This document shows, in pieces, positions 1 through 10,403 of a DNA stretch of 64,000 bases. The stretch comes from Rhynchopus sp. YZ270_cl-10 (lineage: Eukaryota), in NCBI GenBank assembly GCA_964035575.1, contig OZ037834.1, forward strand, positions 1,984,001 through 2,048,000. The letters run 5' to 3'. The notes beneath the pieces are model-generated. The model did no database searches and was not told the origin of the DNA. It saw only the letters and a list, made by a program, of their open reading frames with translations. A program made the position numbers and the translations under genes. The stretch's first letter is position 1; every line of letters starts with the position of its first letter.

Positions 1-3000
1 CCGGCGGCGATTGCAGATGCGGTTGTGGGTGCGGCGAAGGAGGTTGGGAAGGCTGCTGTGGCCGTGTGGGACACTGTGACGGGTGGGGTGACGGAGGCGT
101 GGAACTTTGTGAAGGGTGCGTTCAACCAGGCGCCGCTGAGCAACGTTGCAAGCAGGATTGGGAACTTCCTGAACGACGCAGGGGCGGCGATTGCAAACAT
201 CGGGCAGGCTCTGCTGGACGCAGGACTGAGCGACATCATCTCGCTTGGGAAGGACTTTGCGAACGGCGACTTCAGCGCGCTGGGTGACGCTGTGTTCGAC
301 CTTGCGGGGGTGTTCGGGCTGACGGGCACAGAGGGGCACACGGAGATCGACGCCGGGGAGGGGGCAAATGAGTACGGGTGCAGGTGGAAGAAGATCCGGT
401 ACAGTGAGTGCTTCATCACACCGGAGGTATGCATCCCGGAGGTGTGTGTCGGAGGCGGGTGCACCGGGGGCCAGTGCACAGGAGGCGGGTGCACGGGCGG
501 TGGCTGCGTGGGGTGCTGCGGGGTGCGTGTCTGTGCGCCGCGCATCTGCGCACCGCGTGTGTGCGTGCCGCGTGTGTGTGTGCCACGTGTGTGCACGCCG
601 CGGTCGTGTGTGCCTGAGTTCAAGACGTGCACAACCAAGTACGGGAACCGGTTTGCGGACAAGGCCTGCATGGAGGAGATTGCGGCTGCCGCGACAGAAG
701 TTGAGGGGAAGCTTGGTGTGATGAAGCGTAAGGAGGACGCGATCGCAGACTCGCACACGCAGAACCCAGGGCTTGAGGGACTGGCGGACGGGACCACGGT
801 GCCGGCGCCGTCCGTGCGGAACGTGACCCTGACGATCCCTATTGGAGCGACAAGCGCGTCGGGGGACATTGAGTCGGACGTGGAGGTGCTCTCAGGCCCG
901 TGTGGGGGTGCAGGTGGGATGCAGCGTTCGACGGTGGGTGGAGTGAACTTCAACATGGGGACGCTGGATGAGTACAAGGCGTCGATTGCGGCAGCACAGG
1001 GGTCGCTTGCGGCCAGCATTGAGGGGACGCTGCTGTCGAAGCAGTGCGGGCTGGGGACCACGATTCTGGGTGAGGCCGGGAAGGTTACCTACGCTCCACC
1101 GACGCTCACGGACCCGACAGACTTCTCAGTTTCGTGCACGCAGTCGGTGGACCTGGCGGCGGGGAAGCCGCTGTTTGCGTCTGTGGACGACGCGTGCCAC
1201 AGCGGGAAGGTAGTGAAGATGGTGACTGCGACTCCAGTGAGCCCGACAGCGTACCCGAACCGTGTCTGCGGGTCGTCGTACATGCAGGTGACGTGGAAGG
1301 GTTACGACGCAGGGATCTGCAACGGGGAGACGGTGGCGAAGTCGCACGTGATCACAGTGCTGCCGTTTGACCCGAGGTTTGACGCCTTCCCTGCGGATGT
1401 GAGTGTGACGACACAGGACAGCATGGCGCCCGAGGCCACGGGGGTGCCGACCTCGTTCCAGTCGGTGTGCAACCAGGAGGTCGATATCACGTACACGGAC
1501 GCGCCACCGGTGCTGAAGGCGGGGAAGTGCGGGGAGTGGACTGTGGCGCGGACGTGGTCGGTGAAGCCGTACTTCGCAAGCTGCACCGGCACACGCCTCC
1601 CGGGGCAGACACGTGTGCAGACGATCACTGTGTCGGACGTGACAGCACCTGTGTTCACGCGTGAGCCGCCGCCAGTGGTGTACGTGCCGTTCTTCGAGAA
1701 CTGGGGTGCCGCGAGCTCGATCCCGATGTCTGTTGAGGTGATGGACACTGCGATGGAGGCGCTTGGGCTGCACTCTTACCCGACGACGACGACGTCTGTG
1801 GACACCGCACTGTCGTACTCGAGCACGGAGCTGGCTGCCGAGGAGCAGTGCCGCCTTGATGGGATTGCACGGTACACGCGCACGTGGACGGTTGAGGATG
1901 CATGCGGGAACTCGCGCTCGGTGGACCAGGTCGTGATCCTGCAGCACCCGACGTCGGATCTGACAACGACGGATGTGTGGAACCCTGCGAACGCGCTGTT
2001 TGCGCACTCGACGGGTGTGGCGCAGGCGGCAGACGCCTGCAACCCGGGCAAGGTCGTGACTGGGGGACAAAAGAACTTTATCCCTATCCACCACGGTGAC
2101 CCCACAACAGACGATGTGTGTGGCACTGGGACATGGGACGAGGCTGGCTGCCGCAGGCTCTCGGATGTGGCTGTCAACTACGTGACACACGTGCAACCCG
2201 TCCCGCCACGGTACGAGACCTTCCCTGACGACATCACGATCAACACAGACTCGTCTGTGCAGCCGAATGTGACCGGGTGGCCTGCCGTTGTCGCCTTCTG
2301 TGGAACGCCGTACACGCTTGTGCACAGCGACGCTGCGCCGGTGCTGCAGGAGTGCGGGGTGTGGACGATTGAGCGGACGTGGAAGTTGCAGCCGTACTTC
2401 CCCGACTGCGGGGATGAGTTTGCTGTGTACCACGCGTCGCTGACCACGAGCAAGGTGCAGGTGATCACTGTGCGTGACGAGCGTGCACCGGACTACACCA
2501 GCACCCCTGACGCAGCTGTTGAGATCCCGTTCTTTGGGAACTGGCGTGCCGCAAACTCGATGCCCCTCACGGACGAGGTTGCCCACGAGGAAATGCTGGC
2601 ACTTGGTCTTGTGTCGTACCCAACAACAACGGTGTCTGTGGATGGGCCTCTGGTGGCAGCACCCACAGGTGCGGCAGACGAGGCGACGTGCCGCACACGC
2701 GGACTTGCGTCATTCACGCGCACGTGGACGGCAACAGACAGGTGTGGAAACAGCAGAGTGTTTGCGCAGGACATCATGGTGCAACACCCGCCGACAGCAC
2801 TGACGGCCACACAGCACTGGACGAAGGCACTCGGGGAGTTCTCGTACGCCCCGGGTGTGGAGCAGCTTGCTGATGACTGTCACGCAGGAAAGTCCATTGT
2901 GGGGAACACGCAGCACTTCAACCCGATTGACACCTCGCCAACGAACCCGAGTGCCTGTGTGGCACCCGAGTGGGACGAGAACGCGTGCAGGCGGGCACCG

Positions 3001-6000
3001 GTGGAGCACACGCTGTTGCTGCACTCTGTGGCGCCGACGTTTGCGAGCTTCCCTGCCGACATCACGATTGACACAGACCACTCACTTAACCCCGAGGACG
3101 AGCTGGGTGTGCCGGTCGGACACGCCTTCTGTGGGACACCGTTCACGATCCGCTTTGACGATGCTGCGCCTGTGATGGGTGAGTGTGGTGTGTGGACGAT
3201 TGAGCGGACGTGGAAGATCCAGCCACACTACCTTGACTGTGGAGCTGACCTTGCTGTGTACCACGCGTCGCTGACGACCCGCCAGGTGCAGGTGATCACT
3301 GTGCGTGACGTGCGTGCACCGGACTGGATGTACCGGCCGGAGGAGGTGCTGATGATCCCGTTCTTCCAGAACAACAAGGCAGAGAGCTCGATTCCGACAA
3401 CGCGGGAGACAGCGCACCCGGACATACTGGCGCTTGGTCTTGTGTCGTACCCGACAACCTTCGGTGCTGTGGACGGGGAGTTGGTGTACTCGAGCACGGA
3501 TGTGGCGGACGAGGCAACATGCAGGGCGAGTGGGATTGTGCGGATGGCGCGCACGTGGACGGTGACGGACAGGTGCGGGAACGCGCGTGTGTGGGAGCAG
3601 ACTGTGGTTGTCGAGCACCCGCCGGCCGAGCTGACGGAGGCTGAGAAGTGGGTGCGTGACCAGCGCCAGTTCTTCTACGCGCACGCAGTGGAGCAGGTGA
3701 GCACATGCGAGGTGGATGCACCGTGCCTGTCAGGGAAGGTGATCAAGGCAGGGAGCCGCGGGTTCATCCCGACAGACACACTTCCGGTGATGACGGACAT
3801 GTGCGGTGCGGACCCGTGGCTGGAGAATGGGTGCCGGAAGCTGCTGGAGACGGTGCACACGATTGAGCACGTGGCGTCTGTGCCGCCGTCGTTCGAGACG
3901 TTCCCTGCAGACATCACGATTGACACGGACCATCCGCTTGCTCCCGAGCTGGGGGTGGGTGTGCCTGTGGTGCACTCGTTCTGTGGGACGCCGTACACAA
4001 TGCGCCACGACGACGCGGCTCCTGTGGCGCAAGGCTGCGGGAAGTGGACGATTGAGCGGACGTGGAAGATCCAGCCGCACTACCTCGACTGTGGGGGCGA
4101 CGCTGCTGCGTACGAGGAGCGTCTGACGACACGTCGGGTGCAGGTCATCACGATTGAGGACGTGCGTGCGCCGGAGTGGACGTACACGCCGGATGCAGAC
4201 GTGGAAGTGCCGTTCTTCGGGAACTACCAGGCAGTGAACTCTGTGCCGCTGACGGAGGAGCGTGCCCACGCTGACATGGTGGCGCTGGGGATGGGGCTGG
4301 CGCACCCGACAACATTGACATCTGCAGACGGCGCGCTTGTGTTTTCGAGCACAGAAGCAGCAAACGAGGCGACGTGCCGTGCGGACGGTATTGCACACTT
4401 CACACGCACTTGGACTGCAAAGGATGCGTGCGGAAACGCACGGAACTTTGCACAGAAGGTGACAGTGCAGCACCCACCGGCAGAGCTGAGCAGTGTGCAG
4501 CCGTGGGTTGCCGGGAACCGCCTGTTCTCCTTCGCGCCGGGTGTGACGCAGGCGACTGACGCGTGTCACCCGGGGAAGACTGTGACAGGGGGTGTGAAGA
4601 ACTACGCGGTGCTCTCGCTCTTCGGGCCTGCTGGTCAGCTGGGGCACGCATGCGGGGCCGGATCGGACTGGGATGCGGTCGGGTGCCGCCGCCTTGCGGA
4701 CCTTGCTGTTGACTACGTAACGCACGTCCCCTCCGTTCCGCCGACGTTTGCGAGCTTCCCTGCCGACATCACGATTGACACAGACCACTCACTTAACCCC
4801 GAGGACGAGCTGGGTGTGCCGGTCGGACACGCCTTCTGTGGGACACCGTTCACGATCCGCTTTGACGATGCTGCGCCTGTGATGGGTGAGTGTGGTGTGT
4901 GGACAATTGAGCGGACGTGGAAGATCCAGCCGCACTACCTTGACTGTGGAGGTGACCTTGCTGTGTACCATGAGTCGCTGACGACCCGCCAGGTGCAGGT
5001 GATCACTGTGCGTGACGAGCGTGCACCGGACTACACCAGCACCCCTGACGCAGCTGTTGAGATCCCGTTCTTTGGAAGCTGGCGTGATGCAAACTCGATG
5101 CCCCTCACGGACGAGGTTGCCCACGCTGACATGCTGGCACTTGGTCTTGTGTCGTACCCAACAACAACGGTGTCTGTGGATGGGCCTCTGGTGGCAGCAC
5201 CCACAGGTGCGGCAGACGAGGCGACGTGCCGCACACGCGGACTTGCGTCATTCACGCGCACGTGGACGGCAACAGACAGGTGTGGAAACAGCAGAGTGTT
5301 TGCGCAGGACATCATGGTGCAACACCCGCCGACAGCACTGACGGCCACACAGCACTGGACGAAGGCACTCGGGGAGTTCTCGTACGCCCCGGGTGTGGAG
5401 CAGCTTGCTGATGACTGTCACGCAGGAAAGTCCATTGTGGGGAACACGCAGCACTTCAACCCGATTGACACCTCGCCAACGAACCCGAGTGCCTGTGTGG
5501 CACCCGAGTGGGACGAGAACGCGTGCAGGCGGGCACCGGTGGAGCACACGCTGTTGCTGCACTCTGTGGCGCCGACGTTTGCGAGCTTCCCTGCCGACAT
5601 CACGATTGACACAGACCACTCACTTAACCCCGAGGACGAGCTGGGTGTGCCGGTCGGACACGCCTTCTGTGGGACACCGTTCACGATCCGCTTTGACGAT
5701 GCTGCGCCTGTGATGGGTGAGTGTGGTGTGTGGACGATTGAGCGGACGTGGAAGATCCAGCCACACTACCTTGACTGTGGAGCTGACCTTGCTGTGTACC
5801 ACGCGTCGCTGACGACCCGCCAGGTGCAGGTGATCACTGTGCGTGACGTGCGTGCACCGGACTACACCAGCACCCCTGACGCAGCTGTTGAGATCCCGTT
5901 CTTTGCGAACTGGCGTGATGCTAACTCGATGCCCCTCACGGACGAGGTTGCCCACGCTGACATACTGGCGCTTGGTCTTGTGTCGTACCCAACAACAACG

Positions 6001-7926
6001 GTGTCTGTGGATGGGCCGTTTGTGGAAGCACCCACAGGTGCGGCAGACGAGGCGACGTGCCGCACACGCGGACTTGCGTCATTCACGCGCACGTGGACGG
6101 CAACAGACAGGTGTGGAAACAGCAGAGTGTTTGAGCAGGACATCATGGTGCAGCACCCGCCGACAGCGCTGACGGCCACGCAAGAGTGGGCAGAGGCGAA
6201 GCGGGAGTTCTCGTACGCCCCGGGTGTGGAGCAGCTTGCGGATGCCTGCCACGCAGGGAAACACGTGGTGACGGGAACGAAGGCGTTTGCTGCGATCGAC
6301 TCATCGGCCACTGCGAAGAACGTGTGTGCTGCAAACGTGTGGGATGCTGACGGGTGCAGGCGCCAGCTTCCAGACGTGGCTGTTGTGACGGACAGGAACC
6401 TGCACTCGATTGCACCCGTGTTTGCGTCGTTCCCGGCAGCCGTGGACGTGACGACGACGAGCACACTGAACCCGTACGACGTTGCGGGTGTACCTGGGCT
6501 GGGCTTCCCTGTTGGGGAGGCGTTCTGTGGGACGCCCTTCACGATCCGTTACGACGACGCGGAGCCGGTGCTGCAGGAGTGCGGTGTGTGGACAATTGAG
6601 CGGACGTGGAAGATCCAGCCGCACTACCTTGACTGTGGAGGTGACCTTGCTGTGTACCACGCGTCGCTGACAACCCGCCAGGTGCAGGTGATCACTGTGC
6701 GTGATGTGGACCCACCGACGTTTGTGTCGAAGCCTGCAGACGTCGTGTCTGTGCCGTTCTACACAGCCTACGGGACGGCGGTGACGGGTGTGCCACAGGT
6801 AGAGGACGTGGCGGTGCACGCAGACATGGCCGGGCTCGACCTTGTTTCGTACAACATCACACTTGAGCACAGCGACGTGCACGTGGTCTTCAACAGCGGG
6901 CCAGAAGGCTGCACGGACGGTGTTGCTGTGGTGACACGCAGATGGACTGCTGCGGACAGGTGTGGGACCACAGCCACTTGGGACCAGACTGTGCGTGTGA
7001 TGAACCCCAGTGTGAATGGGGACGGAACCCTGGGTGCTGTGAGCGAGTACGCTGTGTTTGGCAGCGGGAAGTTGAAGATCAAGGACACCTTGGGAAGCAT
7101 TGCTGGCAACGTCGGGACGAGCTACAAGGACCTTGATCTGGATCATACCACAGTGCTCGGCTCCGCGCAAGAGGACATGGACAGCGTGTCGCACGAAATG
7201 ATGACGTTCTCCGACATGTTGCGCTCACCTCCTGCGAACTGGAGAGAGGGTACTAAGTCGGTGCTGTGCACTGGGCATGGACAGGACAGCTGTGTTGTGA
7301 CTTCCGTGACGGAACCGTCCGTGTCGAAGATCACGTACGACAGTGCCAACAGCAACGACATGATTCTTGAGGGTGACGAGCTTGTGTACAACGTGTTCGC
7401 AGATGTGGATGTGAATGACTGGCTGTACGACCCATACCCGGTTGGACACAACACGAAGGCGAAGCACAGCCACAGCAAGAGCCACAGCCTGGGACACATC
7501 GACGCGGACCACGCGGGTCACATCCACGACTCTGAGCTTGTTGTGCGCGCTGGCGGGTTTGTGATTGTGAACCTGATGTTCGACAGCCCGCACAACGACA
7601 ACGACGTTGTGCACACGCACAAGGACCACTCGCACTTCACCGCTGTGCGCAAGGCTGTGTTTGACCAGGCGTACCCTGCCGGAAAGCAGTTCCTGATGTA
7701 CAACGTGAACAACAACGAGGCGTCGACGTCTGGGAGCAGGATTGTGAGGGTGCGTGAGGGTGAGCTGGTTGGGTCGCTGCTTGTTGCGGACTACACCCAC
7801 AAGGTGGACATCCGTGAGATTACGGTGACTGGGCAGGTCATCACGGACAGCAAGGAGAGCACCTTCCGCGACTGCACCTTTGACTGGAGTGTGTTTGCTG
7901 CAAGCACCATTTGTCCTGCGGTCTAG
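1..7926 (+). CDS. Giant repeat protein, 5'-truncated: helical region, Cys-ladder segment, 7 tandem ~280-aa modules of HYR-like Ig-fold repeats, C-terminal choice-of-anchor-A/ice-binding-like beta-helix with His-rich inserts
   Basis: Frame is open from base 1 (PAAIADAVVG...) to TAG at 7924-7926. Recurrent motifs FPADITI, W(T)IERTW, TRTWTATDRCGN and VITVRDxRAP are typical of HYR-like repeats. The FPAD marker occurs at 1387, 2221, 3049, 3901, 4756, 5587 and 6430. C-terminal YAVFGSG..IAGNVG, VIVNL, LMYNV, GSLL..GQVI resembles choice-of-anchor A. Domain names are by eye. Confidence 0.85.
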   Translation, partial: PAAIADAVVGAAKEVGKAAVAVWDTVTGGVTEAWNFVKGAFNQAPLSNVASRIGNFLNDAGAAIANIGQALLDAGLSDIISLGKDFANGDFSALGDAVFDLAGVFGLTGTEGHTEIDAGEGANEYGCRWKKIRYSECFITPEVCIPEVCVGGGCTGGQCTGGGCTGGGCVGCCGVRVCAPRICAPRVCVPRVCVPRVCTPRSCVPEFKTCTTKYGNRFADKACMEEIAAAATEVEGKLGVMKRKEDAIADSHTQNPGLEGLADGTTVPAPSVRNVTLTIPIGATSASGDIESDVEVLSGPCGGAGGMQRSTVGGVNFNMGTLDEYKASIAAAQGSLAASIEGTLLSKQCGLGTTILGEAGKVTYAPPTLTDPTDFSVSCTQSVDLAAGKPLFASVDDACHSGKVVKMVTATPVSPTAYPNRVCGSSYMQVTWKGYDAGICNGETVAKSHVITVLPFDPRFDAFPADVSVTTQDSMAPEATGVPTSFQSVCNQEVDITYTDAPPVLKAGKCGEWTVARTWSVKPYFASCTGTRLPGQTRVQTITVSDVTAPVFTREPPPVVYVPFFENWGAASSIPMSVEVMDTAMEALGLHSYPTTTTSVDTALSYSSTELAAEEQCRLDGIARYTRTWTVEDACGNSRSVDQVVILQHPTSDLTTTDVWNPANALFAHSTGVAQAADACNPGKVVTGGQKNFIPIHHGDPTTDDVCGTGTWDEAGCRRLSDVAVNYVTHVQPVPPRYETFPDDITINTDSSVQPNVTGWPAVVAFCGTPYTLVHSDAAPVLQECGVWTIERTWKLQPYFPDCGDEFAVYHASLTTSKVQVITVRDERAPDYTSTPDAAVEIPFFGNWRAANSMPLTDEVAHEEMLALGLVSYPTTTVSVDGPLVAAPTGAADEATCRTRGLASFTRTWTATDRCGNSRVFAQDIMVQHPPTALTATQHWTKALGEFSYAPGVEQLADDCHAGKSIVGNTQHFNPIDTSPTNPSACVAPEWDENACRRAPVEHTLLLHSVAPTFASFPADITIDTDHSLNPEDELGVPVGHAFCGTPFTIRFDDAAPVMGECGVWTIERTWKIQPHYLDCGADLAVYHASLTTRQVQVITVRDVRAPDWMYRPEEVLMIPFFQNNKAESSIPTTRETAHPDILALGLVSYPTTFGAVDGELVYSSTDVADEATCRASGIVRMARTWTVTDRCGNARVWEQTVVVEHPPAELTEAEKWVRDQRQFFYAHAVEQVSTCEVDAPCLSGKVIKAGSRGFIPTDTLPVMTDMCGADPWLENGCRKLLETVHTIEHVASVPPSFETFPADITIDTDHPLAPELGVGVPVVHSFCGTPYTMRHDDAAPVAQGCGKWTIERTWKIQPHYLDCGGDAAAYEERLTTRRVQVITIEDVRAPEWTYTPDADVEVPFFGNYQAVNSVPLTEERAHADMVALGMGLAHPTTLTSADGALVFSSTEAANEATCRADGIAHFTRTWTAKDACGNARNFAQKVTVQHPPAELSSVQPWVAGNRLFSFAPGVTQATDACHPGKTVTGGVKNYAVLSLFGPAGQLGHACGAGSDWDAVGCRRLADLAVDYVTHVPSVPPTFASFPADITIDTDHSLNPEDELGVPVGHAFCGTPFTIRFDDAAPVMGECGVWTIERTWKIQPHYLDCGGDLAVYHESLTTRQVQVITVRDERAPDYTSTPDAAVEIPFFGSWRDANSMPLTDEVAHADMLALGLVSYPTTTVSVDGPLVAAPTGAADEATCRTRGLASFTRTWTATDRCGNSRVFAQDIMVQHPPTALTATQHWTKALGEFSYAPGVEQLADDCHAGKSIVGNTQHFNPIDTSPTNPSACVAPEWDENACRRAPVEHTLLLHSVAPTFASFPADITIDTDHSLNPEDELGVPVGHAFCGTPFTIRFDDAAPVMGECGVWTIERTWKIQPHYLDCGADLAVYHASLTTRQVQVITVRDVRAPDYTSTPDAAVEIPFFANWRDANSMPLTDEVAHADILALGLVSYPTTTVSVDGPFVEAPTGAADEATCRTRGLASFTRTWTATDRCGNSRVFEQDIMVQHPPTALTATQEWAEAKREFSYAPGVEQLADACHAGKHVVTGTKAFAAIDSSATAKNVCAANVWDADGCRRQLPDVAVVTDRNLHSIAPVFASFPAAVDVTTTSTLNPYDVAGVPGLGFPVGEAFCGTPFTIRYDDAEPVLQECGVWTIERTWKIQPHYLDCGGDLAVYHASLTTRQVQVITVRDVDPPTFVSKPADVVSVPFYTAYGTAVTGVPQVEDVAVHADMAGLDLVSYNITLEHSDVHVVFNSGPEGCTDGVAVVTRRWTAADRCGTTATWDQTVRVMNPSVNGDGTLGAVSEYAVFGSGKLKIKDTLGSIAGNVGTSYKDLDLDHTTVLGSAQEDMDSVSHEMMTFSDMLRSPPANWREGTKSVLCTGHGQDSCVVTSVTEPSVSKITYDSANSNDMILEGDELVYNVFADVDVNDWLYDPYPVGHNTKAKHSHSKSHSLGHIDADHAGHIHDSELVVRAGGFVIVNLMFDSPHNDNDVVHTHKDHSHFTAVRKAVFDQAYPAGKQFLMYNVNNNEASTSGSRIVRVREGELVGSLLVADYTHKVDIREITVTGQVITDSKESTFRDCTFDWSVFAASTICPAV
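1387..7000 (+). repeat. Intragenic tandem repeat, ~830-855 nt period, 7 copies, some near-identical
   Basis: Marker spacings are 834, 828, 852, 855, 831 and 843 nt. About 2460-3320 is nearly identical to about 4998-5860 (offset 2538); the shadow ORFs 2688-2873 and 5226-5411 translate identically. Confidence 0.9.
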
Positions 7927-10403
7927 GTGGGTGAGCACTACCTGCGTTCCCTGCGAAACTGTATATTTTCACTACTTTACTTTACAACTATCATCCCACC
8001 CCCCATCCCATCCCATCCCATCCCTCCCCCCTTTTGCCTCATCGATTCGACATGGGTATTTATACTGTGTTGTCTCGTTTTTCTGTCTGCACATCAAAGG
8101 TATTTGAGACATTTCGTTTTGTCTTGTTTTTGATTCTTTTTTAATAAGTTTGGTTGCTCGTGAAGGTAAATGTATCTCACTATAACCACACCGCTGTGTG
8201 GGATAAGCTCGCCACATTTGGTACGTACCTCCTGCCTCCTTCACCCAGTGCATATTCATTTTATGTTGGCACTTTCTTCATGTGCCATTTCCCCCCCAAT
8301 CCACTTGCACTACCTTCAGCACCGAGCTCACATAATGGTACGACCAGAGCCAGACCTTGGGCGTTTCAAGAGCGGGGTACCCGCCACAGAAGACGCCTTG
8401 GTCTTGCTCTGCAAAGGCCTGGCCACCGTTTGGTTCACATTATATTCGTGTACGAGTAATATTTCGTATTGTATTTTGTGATTCAGTCAGTGGGGGTTTG
8501 GTCAGTCAAGAGCAGTGCAAGTCCTGACCACAGCAAATAGACTGTCTTCTTTTTTTGTGATTGGTTTCCCCTTTTCTTTTCCTTTCTTTTCCTTTCTTTT
8601 CGTATGCACGTTTCCACATTTATTTTTACTTTGTGTTTTGCTCTTTTTTTACAGGACCCCCCCACCCCTTTTTTATTTGTACTAACCGCACATTTTGGTT
8701 TCCTTTGCATGCACAAAAGGTTTTACCGTGGGGCTGTCACATTTGTGCCCCACAGATGCATGAGGCTGTAAAGCCGGTGCCGCTATCCTTTAGACATGTC
8801 GGAAGCAAGTTGTGGTGCGCTTTTTCCTTTTCCCCTTTTCCCCCACTCCCACGTTATACGCTCTGTGAGCATGCTTTCACTTTTTTACAATTGTCGTTCA
8901 GACACACCATCTGGAGGATTTGTAAGGAGGATAGTGTGCTTGACAGAGAACCCTCCCTTGCCACGAAGAGAGCAGATGACCCCGCTACGTGCGGTGTTGG
9001 ATAGCAGTCTCCTGTTGTTGCAAGGCACCTCATCACAATTGTTTTTTATTCGATATTAGTGCCTGCGTCTGCCGATCAACGGTGCGGCGTTTGCACTTTT
9101 AATTTCTCTTTTTATTCCTTACGAACAGGTGAGCCAGAGGCTCATCTCGCCCAACTTTATATTTTTTTTTTACGCAAAGTGTCACGTCGTTCACTCAACC
9201 AACCGTGCTCCACAACACTACGGTGTGGGATTAGTGTGTGTAGAAGGTCAGCGCATCACACAACTACAAGAAGGGGGGGTGAGGGAATGACTAGTGACAC
9301 TTTTATTTTTTTTTTTTGCTAAAATAAGATGAAGATAGACGAAGAGACAACGTTGGACATTGATCCACCCTGTAGTTAGGAATTATCTTATTTTCGCATT
9401 ATTTCCCCCACCCTTCCCTCCACTCTACTTCCCACCCCACCCTCTGAGCATGTCCTGTGCATTTTTATCACACACACCTGCCGTCTTTCACACCTCAGTT
9501 CTGCAATTCCCCGGAGGGGGTCTTCCACAAAGAACATGGCACGCTGTGATGTCCACGGCGGGTATGTGTGCAAAAAAAAAACAAAAAAAATGTTATTTCC
9601 TCGACAGAGGTGGTTGTGTATGTGTGCATTCATCTCAATGCACCGTTGCAACTGCTTCTGTTTTTTTTGTCCCACATTTATTTCGTTATTTTCCAAGCGT
9701 GTTCATCAGACCTTTTGCACCGCTTCATGTTTGTTACTTTATTTACATGTAGCTGTTTTGTGTTTATGCGTCCTCTGAAACACCTTGTTGTTTTTAGTTG
9801 TTTTTTGTATGTCACAGAGCGAGAACGACGTCCAAAGAAATTGCTTCCCCCCCTCCTTCAGTTTCAGTTTTGCTCTACCACATTGCCATACACCTTGGGC
9901 AAAGAATAATCCACTAAAGCAGTGCCTCGACAGACATCCAACAATTTCCCCCCCCCCCCCCCCTTTTTTTTGTGGTGTTCACAATACACACTATGTAAAC
10001 ACCCCATATGCTTTGCATATCCAGCTTGTCATGAGCACGACTTGGTGTGTTCACGAAACCACATGAACTGCCCCTTCTGGACACATCACTCAATTCACCT
10101 CCGAAACACCACTCCCGTAACAGACACAATACCAATAAAAAGCGAGAGCGCTAAGAACTTTACACACCCCCCCAAACGCACACACTCTCCCTTTCCCCTT
10201 CCCCATTATATTGAGAATCTAACCTCTCTTTGTCCTACCCCGAGGCATCTGCACACAGCTTCCTGCCCTCTTCTTCCCTCTTTGTTTTCTAGCTGAATCC
10301 TTTTTTATTAAACCAAATCTTTTTCCATCCTTTCTATACCGATTTGTGTTCACGCATTTGAGAGGCGGGTTCGTAAATACTTCTTTTTCTCTCGTTTCCT
10401 CTC

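Noticed and set aside
1..7926. Bacterial contaminant or chimeric contig as the explanation for the GC-rich giant genes
   Set aside because: A second gene with the same codon style (35148-40580) is embedded between typical host repeats, and there is no operon structure or ribosome-binding-site pattern.
66..7938. Many overlapping alternative-frame and antisense ORFs (up to 486 aa) in the first giant gene; likewise the 721-, 545- and 435-aa antisense ORFs in 35148-40580
   Set aside because: Shadows of GC-rich, strongly biased codon usage; low-complexity translations with no motifs.
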